The translations under genes and the position numbers were made by a program. Positions 28,027 through 36,989 of a DNA stretch of 64,000 bases are shown here, piece after piece; positions within the stretch are counted from its first letter, which is position 1, and every line of letters starts with the position of its first letter. The notes under the pieces were generated by a model that was not told the DNA's origin, did no database searches, and saw only the letters and a list, made by a program, of their open reading frames with translations. The DNA is from an uncultured virus (IMG/VR IMGVR_UViG_3300023174_000076). Lineage: Duplodnaviria > Heunggongvirae > Uroviricota > Caudoviricetes. The stretch is taken from the IMG/VR virus record IMGVR_UViG_3300023174_000076; one strand, 5' to 3'.

Positions 28027-31000
28027 TTGATTAGAGATCGTGGACCGATTCATAACTTAGGTTATGGTGTTACGTCTAGGGATTTATCTTTCAATGAAGG
28101 AGAAACCGAAGGTGTTTCTCCCAACAGTGGTCAAATAACAAAGGCCCTAGATGGCCATCCGGTCATGAGATTCTTTGCTCATACAGGAGCAACAATAGCC
28201 GTTGCTGGCGTCATGTCTGCAATGATGAAAAAGGGTGGACTCAAGTTAGCCCAAAAGTTACAGAATTCTACAACTGACTTTGCCACTTCTTCAGTTAGAA
28301 CAATAACAGACATAAGAAGACATCTTGATCAACTGCAAGGTGTTAAAAGATTTGTCGAAGATGGTGTTGATCCATACTCAAAGCTTGTATTTGAAACTGA
28401 AGAAGGATTAACAACTGGATATAAAGGTGTAAACAGCGAATCTAATAGACTTTATAATCTTACAAAAGACGAAATAAGACAAGCTCAAAGAGGCCCAACT
28501 CACGCACCACCTGCATTGTTTACAATGCAAGATGAAATACAAAAGAGATTAGTTAGAGCCGGAAGAAGACTTCCATATGAACTTCCAGCTTTGTATGTCA
28601 CACAAAGAGGTTTGACAGACAATCTTTTTGGCAATAATGAAGACAAGAAAAAAGTAAATTGGTATAATCCAGTAGACGTAGTAAGCGATTTCGTTAAGAC
28701 TTCGGTAACCAACCTTGCAACTACTGTTCTTCCATTTGAAATACTAGGAAGTAGCTCAACTGCAACAAGAAGTTCATTGATGAATTTCAAGAACTCAATG
28801 GGTTCACTGAGAAGTATGAGCCCAGGAAGGCAAGCTCTTAGTAGAAATATTGTAGATCTATCTGAGGTATTGTCTGAAGTTGGTCACGACGTAGCATCTA
28901 TCTCTAATAAATTTTTAAAGAAATCATCACAGTTAAGTGGTGGATTTAACGCAGCTGCTGAGGCGTTTAAGGAACAACCGAGGTTTGTTCAGTCTCTACA
29001 TGACGCTAGGCATGGTCCAGTAATTGCCGCTGATGCAGCTAGAGCAAAAAATTCAAGTTCAGCACAAAGGGCAATGGCAGCTGTAAAAGCTTTTGCATTT
29101 GGTCTTGATTCTCCAGCTACAATTCCAGGAACGAATAGAACAGTACAATATGGAGCTTTTGATGCTATCCCTGCATTTAGAGGTTTAAGCGGTGCAATAA
29201 AATCTGGATATAAAGAATTCAAAATGTCAGGGCAAGCTTATGATGCCCTTCAGAGTTCAATAAAATACAATCAGATAATATCTGATGCATCGATGGCAGT
29301 GGGCACTGCTTCTAGGAATTCTTTTGAAAAGTCAATACAAAGAATTCAATCTCAGCATTCAAGTAGATTAACACGCCTTGCTGGACAAGTATCCATACTT
29401 GGTGCTGGTGGCCCAGGGGATAAGAATTTCCAAAGATCAGAATTCTATACTGGTGGACAAACAACCGCTTATAAAGACCTTCTTGCTCAGAGATTAAGAG
29501 CTAAAGGAGTTATGGGCGACGATGCAATAGACGATTTTGTTAATCAATTAAGAGTAAATACTCCTGGAAGAGGTTCTCATTCCACTAACGTAATTTCAAT
29601 AGGTCGATCAACAATTGTTGCAGATGAAAGTGAATATTACGATATTGTTCTTAAAAAATATAAAACTCTTAAACATGGGAAAAGTTTTGAACAATCTTTA
29701 ACCGCCGCTGCTGGAGGAACAAGTCCACAAAATTTCTTAAAAGAAATTATTGATGAAACAAATTCTCAATTCTTAAGTAAAGAATTCCAACTTGGAATGA
29801 GAAACAAAATTAACAGTCAATGGAACTCATTTTCAAGAAATGATTTAGTCGATATTGCTGGAACAGTTCTTAAGCCACAAAAAGCTGTTTATAATGAATT
29901 TGTTGGTCCACTAAGTTCGGCAAAACAACAGTTTCTACAAAGAAAAACCGCACAAGTACTTGGAATAAAACTTAAAAATGATTCTGGAAGAATGGTATCA
30001 GACGATATCATTAAAAGGGGATTAGCAAATAGGGGCTTTAATCCAAATGATCTTGTAGGGTTAAGATCGTTTCTTTTAGAGAAGAGACAAATATCTTCTG
30101 GATTGTTTGGTGGTAACTATAATATTTTTGGCCTAAAACCACTGCTCATAGATGAGGCAATACAGCAGGATAGATTTAAGGGACTGCCAAGTTCGCAAAA
30201 AAGAGTAATATCAGACCTTGCTGGAAGAATGGCAATCAATGACCCAGTGTCTAAGTCAATAGGCCTTAATAGATTAGACGGAGTTTATAAAACTAGGTCA
30301 GGAAACATCCTTGATTTTAGTACGATAAAAAATACATTTTCAAATACAGCTAGCTTTTTTGCTTCTGAATTTCATATACCAATAATAAAATTAAATCCAG
30401 CTGATCTATTTGGATTTAGATCTTTTTCTGATATGGCTAGAAGAGGTCCACTTCAGTACAGCCCTGGAAGATCAGTGCAACCATTTGGAGACTTAGCATC
30501 TTCTAAGGCAGATTTTCACATATGGCATAGCACTGGTGGCTTCCTTGGCACAAAAGGTAAAGTTACTAGCTTTTCTGTTAATTCAGAATCTGGAGCAACT
30601 TTTGGAAAAACACTAAGAGGAACTTATAGACCACTGCCAACTAATAGCACAGAAATGCTTACAAGACATGCCAGGTATGCGGCAGGTCTTTCTGGTCAAG
30701 CAGCGTATGAAGTAACTGGTCAATCTGGTTCTACATTTTTAGATAGAGTATTAAACAATTCTAATAATAATCAAAGAGCAGTTAAATTCAAAAGCAGAAT
30801 GGCAGTTGACTCTGAACAGCCAAACTCCATTTTTGGTTTGCTATCTAGGTTTCAAAGAAGAAATACTGATATAAATAATCCAAAAATATTATCAAAATTA
30901 TTGTCTGGAGATGAAGTCTTACTTAAGACTGACAGTGTATCTAAAAAAATTAGATTAAATTCAAGTGGTAGTGGTGTTAGCTTTATCGATGAAGCCGGAG

Positions 31001-34000
31001 TAGCAGTTAGCGGTCTTGAGGAAAGAAACATATTAACTGCAATGAATGACCTAAGAAAGAATACTTTCCAATATGGTCTTCCAAGAAAGGTAATGGAGCA
31101 ACTAGAAGATTTTGATAAATCATTATTTACTTTTGGTCCACTGAATAAGAGTGTAGCAAATCTAACTACGCAAAAAGAATTATTTGACTTCTCTGCTGAA
31201 ATAGAAGCATCCCTTCCAATGCTAAAAGCTCGAGCAAGGCAAATGGGCATTGACCCACGAGTTATAGAACAATCTTTTTCTAGAATAAGAGCACTACAAA
31301 AAGAAAGTAACTTATTAGCAACTTCGCAACTTGCAGGAAGATCTCCGACCATTTCAACAAAAATGGACGAAATGCGAAATGAAATATTTAGATTTGTTTC
31401 ACAAACCAATGCAACAATAACAGGAAATCCAGCACTTGGTGGTAGACAAGATGACATGTTCATCGCAATGCAAGATGTAATATTAAAACTTAAATCACAA
31501 TTACCTGCATCAGAATTTGCTGAAGCTCAAGCCGCAGCACTATCGACACTATTCAATACCAGTGCATTCTTAACGTATAAGAGAGATGTTCAGCTTTTCG
31601 ACAATGCTAGAAGTGCCGCAGGTCAATTGGCACAATTTGCAACGGGCAAAGCAAGCGGAGCTGTAAAGAGTTTTTTTACTCCATATACATCTGGTTCTGC
31701 ATCTGTTATAAGTACAAACATAAAGAGGCCATTCTCTTCGTTCCTGCCACCATTTAAAAAAGCATTTGGAACTGCTCCTTACAAAATTGGAGAACTTTCA
31801 ACTGACGTATTAGGATCTGGCCAAAAGGTTACATTTGTTCCGACTTTTGGAACGGTATTTGAAAAGAATCCATTTGGCGCAATCAAGAGTGCATTGGGTT
31901 TAACGACATATTCTGATCCAAGTTCTTATTCTACGGCATCAACACCAATATCACAGGGTGTAGAGCGTTTGAATAGATACTTTGGAACACTAGGAATGCA
32001 GTTAGATGTATCCAAGTTCAAGGGTCCATTAGACCTATATGCAAGAGGAATGGTGGGCAAGCGAGTTCTTCCAATATATGCCGCTGGTACAGCTGCATTT
32101 ACTGCAGACAGAATGTTGGGTGGAGCACTTGGACCAGAAGATAATTATGGAGAAAAAACTTATTCTCCTTTTGTTACAACAAAAGTAGCTAGAGGAATAG
32201 TCGAAACTCAAGCAATAGCGGCCGGCCTAACTCCTGGCGGTATGACCAAAGAGGAAAAGAAGGAACAACTTCTAGATGGAGAAGTCCCAATTAGGCAAGG
32301 TAGATATTGGCCATTGGGCAATACGCCATTTAAGGGTGGAAAGATCCAATACTATAGGCCATCTTGGTATAGAAAACTGCAAGGTGGTGCGCTATTTACT
32401 TCTGATACATATGGAAGTCCAGCAGAAAAATTCTTATTTAACAATGATATTTCTCCGCTAAGACCATTAGATCCATATAGATTTGAAAGAAAACATTACG
32501 AAGATAGACCATACCCAATAACTGGAGAATATTTTACTGGTCCTTTTGGCCCTATAAATACCGTTCTCAACGCGACTGTTGGCAGAGTTCTTAAACCACA
32601 AGTTGCAATGCATCAACAAGAAGTTATGCAGGGTCTTGGTCAGTATGTGCCAGCTGGTCAATATGGGGCATATGACGCCAGTGCTTACAATGCTGGAATG
32701 GGAGTTGGTTCAAATGTCATACCGATAACCAGAGGTGCAGGTGGTGGTCCCGGTGGATCTTATTCTTCGGCTATGGTTTCTTCTCAAGTTGGTGGTTCAA
32801 ATGCGAACTTAAGGGGAGCAGCACAATATCCTCTAAACACTGCACGTGGCATGACACGTAATTCCATAGCGGGATTAAACCAACCGCTGATGCAGATGTC
32901 TTATGGCCCACCAAAGCAAAGAGGAATAATGCCACCAAGAGTTGCTTCAGCTGGTCAGCCAATAGAATCTGATCTATCTGGAGAGTTTGGTTATAGAGCG
33001 CAGGAAATGGCTGGTATCTATGGATTTGGATTTGCAAGTCTTAGAGAAAAATTTGGATTTGGTGAAGGAGATTTTGAGCCAAATAGAGCGATGTTACAGT
33101 CAGCATCAAAGGGTTATGGAACATCAAGAGCATTTTGGGATTTGAATCTTGGTGGTTTAGGTGACGTTCCAATTCCAGCGCAAGGTGCTCTGGGTAACAT
33201 AGAGTTTTCTGAAATTGTTAGAAGATTTATTCCTAAAGAAAGAACTGGAATAGATTATATAAATCCAATCGCCAATACGATGGGCAAGCAATATCCATTC
33301 ATGCCTGGTCCAGAATATTATATTAACTTTCAAACAGGAGATCCATTTACAAAAGTCCAAGAAGGAGAAGTAAGACTTCCTGGAAGAGGATATGAAAGAT
33401 TTAATAGAATATCAGCAGATGAAACTGGTAAGTATGGATTAGTTGATCAATTTAAAATTCTTGCTGACGTTGCTCCATATTCTCAGCAATTCAAATCTTT
33501 AAATAGTATGATGGACAAAATGGCTCTAAGTCCTGATCAAAAAATAAAAGTTCAAGAGATTAGAGGAAGAGTAGAAGAAACAACAAGCAAATATGATTTT
33601 ACTCCTTATCCAGATCAAAAGAACACAGTAGGCGGCAGTATAGGAAGAATGCAAAGACTTGGAGAGTATATTGCTCATCGAGATACTTTGTTTAATACTA
33701 AATTTTTAAATAAGAGAACAGCAACTGAGGATTGGGAAAGAAGAAATGTTTATGGAGCAACTTTCCCACAATGGCAAAGGCCATTTGAAAGTTTTATTGA
33801 ACCAATGCTCAATAAGACAACTCAGAGAGATCCATTAACGGCAGCAGCAGCCCTGGGTGTAACTGGTTCATTCTTTGGAAGAACTCCAAAGGCAAAATTA
33901 TTTGGTAGTGCTGTGGGCACATTAGTTGGTGGAGGTGTATCTGCAATATCCCAGCTCAGTCAAAAATTAACTGGCGAAAGATATATGCCACTGCAAAGAA

Positions 34001-34650
34001 AGAAAGAACTTGCTCTTGAAGAATATTCAGATATATTAACGTACACAAAAAATACTAGATTAGCATCCATGGCACAACAGGCAGGAGATTCTGCTGCAGC
34101 AAATCAATATAGGCAAACTGCAAAAAGAACAATGTATGGAGCAGACCTTTATGGAATGCCAATCGATATGTTAAAACTTGCCATACCAAAAAGAAAAAGA
34201 GAACACTTTGTAGAAATGTTAAATGCTCCAGCACCAGAAAGAGAAAGAATTCTTTCAACAGCTGGCAGATTAGAAAGAAGAATCTACGAAGCTGCATGGG
34301 GCATGCCAGTAGAAGAAAAGCCAGACCTGGCAGAATACTTCCAGAGACATCAGCTTCCCGATTCATCTTGGGAAGGCTGGCATCCGAATACCAATATGGA
34401 CCATGTAAAGGTTAAGATAGGTCAATCAATGGGTCTTGAAATGTCTCAGCTGGGTTACTATCCACAACAGATAAAAGAAGCTAATTTGGCAAATCCGAGC
34501 TACCCAGTCTTTGATTCATCTTCAGCTAGAACAGATGTTCTATATAGGCTAAGACAAATAATGAGCGGTGCTGGGGTGTCTGGAACGGTAACTCCAGTAA
34601 TGAATCCATTTGGTTCTAATGAGATTAGTATTGCAGCAGGGATGAGATAA
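28027..34650 (+). CDS. Giant tape-measure-like / ejected virion protein (2207 aa)
   Basis: TTG start after AAGGGGA, directly after the chaperones. Basic and Gly/Ala/Ser-rich, with Gly-rich hydrophobic helices. Confidence 0.6.
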   Translation: MIRDRGPIHNLGYGVTSRDLSFNEGETEGVSPNSGQITKALDGHPVMRFFAHTGATIAVAGVMSAMMKKGGLKLAQKLQNSTTDFATSSVRTITDIRRHLDQLQGVKRFVEDGVDPYSKLVFETEEGLTTGYKGVNSESNRLYNLTKDEIRQAQRGPTHAPPALFTMQDEIQKRLVRAGRRLPYELPALYVTQRGLTDNLFGNNEDKKKVNWYNPVDVVSDFVKTSVTNLATTVLPFEILGSSSTATRSSLMNFKNSMGSLRSMSPGRQALSRNIVDLSEVLSEVGHDVASISNKFLKKSSQLSGGFNAAAEAFKEQPRFVQSLHDARHGPVIAADAARAKNSSSAQRAMAAVKAFAFGLDSPATIPGTNRTVQYGAFDAIPAFRGLSGAIKSGYKEFKMSGQAYDALQSSIKYNQIISDASMAVGTASRNSFEKSIQRIQSQHSSRLTRLAGQVSILGAGGPGDKNFQRSEFYTGGQTTAYKDLLAQRLRAKGVMGDDAIDDFVNQLRVNTPGRGSHSTNVISIGRSTIVADESEYYDIVLKKYKTLKHGKSFEQSLTAAAGGTSPQNFLKEIIDETNSQFLSKEFQLGMRNKINSQWNSFSRNDLVDIAGTVLKPQKAVYNEFVGPLSSAKQQFLQRKTAQVLGIKLKNDSGRMVSDDIIKRGLANRGFNPNDLVGLRSFLLEKRQISSGLFGGNYNIFGLKPLLIDEAIQQDRFKGLPSSQKRVISDLAGRMAINDPVSKSIGLNRLDGVYKTRSGNILDFSTIKNTFSNTASFFASEFHIPIIKLNPADLFGFRSFSDMARRGPLQYSPGRSVQPFGDLASSKADFHIWHSTGGFLGTKGKVTSFSVNSESGATFGKTLRGTYRPLPTNSTEMLTRHARYAAGLSGQAAYEVTGQSGSTFLDRVLNNSNNNQRAVKFKSRMAVDSEQPNSIFGLLSRFQRRNTDINNPKILSKLLSGDEVLLKTDSVSKKIRLNSSGSGVSFIDEAGVAVSGLEERNILTAMNDLRKNTFQYGLPRKVMEQLEDFDKSLFTFGPLNKSVANLTTQKELFDFSAEIEASLPMLKARARQMGIDPRVIEQSFSRIRALQKESNLLATSQLAGRSPTISTKMDEMRNEIFRFVSQTNATITGNPALGGRQDDMFIAMQDVILKLKSQLPASEFAEAQAAALSTLFNTSAFLTYKRDVQLFDNARSAAGQLAQFATGKASGAVKSFFTPYTSGSASVISTNIKRPFSSFLPPFKKAFGTAPYKIGELSTDVLGSGQKVTFVPTFGTVFEKNPFGAIKSALGLTTYSDPSSYSTASTPISQGVERLNRYFGTLGMQLDVSKFKGPLDLYARGMVGKRVLPIYAAGTAAFTADRMLGGALGPEDNYGEKTYSPFVTTKVARGIVETQAIAAGLTPGGMTKEEKKEQLLDGEVPIRQGRYWPLGNTPFKGGKIQYYRPSWYRKLQGGALFTSDTYGSPAEKFLFNNDISPLRPLDPYRFERKHYEDRPYPITGEYFTGPFGPINTVLNATVGRVLKPQVAMHQQEVMQGLGQYVPAGQYGAYDASAYNAGMGVGSNVIPITRGAGGGPGGSYSSAMVSSQVGGSNANLRGAAQYPLNTARGMTRNSIAGLNQPLMQMSYGPPKQRGIMPPRVASAGQPIESDLSGEFGYRAQEMAGIYGFGFASLREKFGFGEGDFEPNRAMLQSASKGYGTSRAFWDLNLGGLGDVPIPAQGALGNIEFSEIVRRFIPKERTGIDYINPIANTMGKQYPFMPGPEYYINFQTGDPFTKVQEGEVRLPGRGYERFNRISADETGKYGLVDQFKILADVAPYSQQFKSLNSMMDKMALSPDQKIKVQEIRGRVEETTSKYDFTPYPDQKNTVGGSIGRMQRLGEYIAHRDTLFNTKFLNKRTATEDWERRNVYGATFPQWQRPFESFIEPMLNKTTQRDPLTAAAALGVTGSFFGRTPKAKLFGSAVGTLVGGGVSAISQLSQKLTGERYMPLQRKKELALEEYSDILTYTKNTRLASMAQQAGDSAAANQYRQTAKRTMYGADLYGMPIDMLKLAIPKRKREHFVEMLNAPAPERERILSTAGRLERRIYEAAWGMPVEEKPDLAEYFQRHQLPDSSWEGWHPNTNMDHVKVKIGQSMGLEMSQLGYYPQQIKEANLANPSYPVFDSSSARTDVLYRLRQIMSGAGVSGTVTPVMNPFGSNEISIAAGMR

Positions 34651-36989
34651 TGGTATACGATTTTATTAAAGATCCAATAAAAAAACTTTCCGCAGCTCAA
34701 AGATCCTTAAGCAGGACAGACTTAGGTCGAGGTGGAGTCATAAGAGTGGAGCTTAATCCGTCCACTAATGCTATACAGTATGTTATTACTGCAACAGGAG
34801 AGAGATTGAAAAGTCCACAAGAAGCATTTATTCAAGCAAGCACTCTAATGATGACTCAATATCAGTCCTTAAGTGCCGTATCTGGTTCTGTATCAAATTT
34901 AGCAAACAATCCAAACAATCCAAAATATGCTCAAGTTGGAGAAATATTAAGTGATATACAAAAAAATTTAAAGACTAAAAGTTTACAGCCAGATGTATTA
35001 GCAAAACTTAAAGCAATGGGCATTGACATTGGGGCAACCGGTACAGACGTAAGTGCAAATATTATAACAAGCAGAACTCAACAAGGAGCAAAGCCAAAAG
35101 ACTTCCTTCAGCAAATAAGAAAAATGTCTGAGAGTGGTCCAACTAAAGGTGGATTTATTCCATTTATAGATGACGAGGGCGCAAACTTGCTACAGTTTAA
35201 AGTTGGCAGTCAAATATTATCAGATGAACAAGCATATTATATGTTGAGTCTTATTGGTAATCCAATATTTAATGAACAAAAATTTGCTGGCATTTTTGCA
35301 GGCGATGATCCAATAGAGGATTTTATGCAAAAAATTACGAAAAGAATGAAAGGTTTAATTTCAGAAAGAGATATAACTATAACCGAGGAAACATTAAGAA
35401 AAGCTTTTGGAGGTAAAGACTCTAAAGCAGTTGTCATTGAAGAAGGTTTAGATATTCTAAAAAAACATTTTAATTTAGGTGATCAAAACACTTTAGCGCA
35501 AAAGGCAATAGCCCAAGTAGATTCAGCAACTTTATTACAAAAATCTATAGGAAGGGGAATTCAGGACATAATAGAAGAACAAAAAAAGATGGGAAAAATT
35601 TCTGTTATACAAGATCCAGAAAAATATATAAATAGTTTTTTCCAAAGATCAGATATAAGAAATGCAATAGCCAATGCAAAAAACAATAAAGGGTTAATGG
35701 CTGCAATGGAGCAATTAAAGATAGACGGAGATATAGGAGAAGATGATTTAAGAATTTTTAAAAAATTTATGAGTTACGCAGAAAAAGAAATTGATGGTAT
35801 TACAGTTTTAAACGCAAAAGTAATTTCAGGAAAAACTGGTGTAATTGCACAACTAGATGAAGAAATAAAACAACTAAAAAGAGATATCATAAGTCCAGCG
35901 TCTCCGGCAAATAAAGAAAAACTAGCAGTAAAATTAAGAGAACTAGAAGAGCGAAGAAAGGTTATAGGTTCCGCAGAAAATCTTTATCAATTAACTGGTA
36001 GAGGAGCCTATGAAGGAGACGGGATAAAAACTGCATTTGATGCTAGTAGAACATTTACCGATAAAGATTTTGAAGATGTTTATATGATAATAGGTAGATC
36101 TGGATTAAAAAAAGACATAGGATTAGCTGGATCTAGCACTTTTGTAACTATTAGCGGATTTGGCTCTTCAAGCACAAGCGTGTATGCTGATCCAGTTTCC
36201 ATGGCCTTTCATCCAGAACTGTTTACAAGTCCAGAAGAACTTGCTTCAATTAAGCAATATTCGGCACAAGTAATGGCAGATTTTCAAGAGGCAATGAATT
36301 CAGATGTTCTTCCTAAAAAAATTAGAAATATGTTAAATAAAAATATTACCGAAGATCTATCATCACTACCTGCTGCAGTAAGATCTTCTAAGGAAAGAAA
36401 CCAAGAATTTGCAAGAAGAATTCTTGAACTGCATCAATCTGGAATAGGTCCTAAACAATCTCCAGAAATGATGAATCTACTAGCTAACACATTTGCAGCA
36501 GAGGCATTTAAGATGGATATTACATCAGCAGGCACGGTAAGGTATTTGCCCACAATGCCTAATGTGTTTAGGTTTGCAGTAAGCACTGAAACAGCCGCAT
36601 CATTAGGAGGAGGAAAAGCTCCAATACTTGGCAAGGGGATAGAAAATATTAATTTTAAACTAGCCGGCGCTGATCAAACAGCAGAGTTATTAAAATTTAG
36701 ACTTGATAATGGAAGACTGCTTTTTGCAGCTGGTGCAGTTGGAGACTTTTTTGAATCATTGGGTGGATTCGACTTGGATGACAAAGGTCTACCAAGGTTA
36801 ATGACTTATGACGACGTAAAAGGAAATAGAAGATTAGCATTTAGTTTAACAAGACAGCCCTCTGGCGTACAGGAAAGTATCATAGCAAGTGCAAAATTAA
36901 ATGATATAGATACATTAAGAGCTCTTTTTGGCGATAAAGAAGATTTTAAAAAAACTTTGGCTAGATTATCTAATGAGCGGAGATTCTGA
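34650..36989 (+). CDS. Large virion protein, N-terminal part (probably joined to 36979-39447 by a +1 shift, ~1598 aa)
   Basis: Ends ...SNE-R(CGG)-RF-stop while the +1 frame is already open. Contains LGGFDLDDKG and LTRQPSG. Confidence 0.7.
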   Translation: MVYDFIKDPIKKLSAAQRSLSRTDLGRGGVIRVELNPSTNAIQYVITATGERLKSPQEAFIQASTLMMTQYQSLSAVSGSVSNLANNPNNPKYAQVGEILSDIQKNLKTKSLQPDVLAKLKAMGIDIGATGTDVSANIITSRTQQGAKPKDFLQQIRKMSESGPTKGGFIPFIDDEGANLLQFKVGSQILSDEQAYYMLSLIGNPIFNEQKFAGIFAGDDPIEDFMQKITKRMKGLISERDITITEETLRKAFGGKDSKAVVIEEGLDILKKHFNLGDQNTLAQKAIAQVDSATLLQKSIGRGIQDIIEEQKKMGKISVIQDPEKYINSFFQRSDIRNAIANAKNNKGLMAAMEQLKIDGDIGEDDLRIFKKFMSYAEKEIDGITVLNAKVISGKTGVIAQLDEEIKQLKRDIISPASPANKEKLAVKLRELEERRKVIGSAENLYQLTGRGAYEGDGIKTAFDASRTFTDKDFEDVYMIIGRSGLKKDIGLAGSSTFVTISGFGSSSTSVYADPVSMAFHPELFTSPEELASIKQYSAQVMADFQEAMNSDVLPKKIRNMLNKNITEDLSSLPAAVRSSKERNQEFARRILELHQSGIGPKQSPEMMNLLANTFAAEAFKMDITSAGTVRYLPTMPNVFRFAVSTETAASLGGGKAPILGKGIENINFKLAGADQTAELLKFRLDNGRLLFAAGAVGDFFESLGGFDLDDKGLPRLMTYDDVKGNRRLAFSLTRQPSGVQESIIASAKLNDIDTLRALFGDKEDFKKTLARLSNERRF

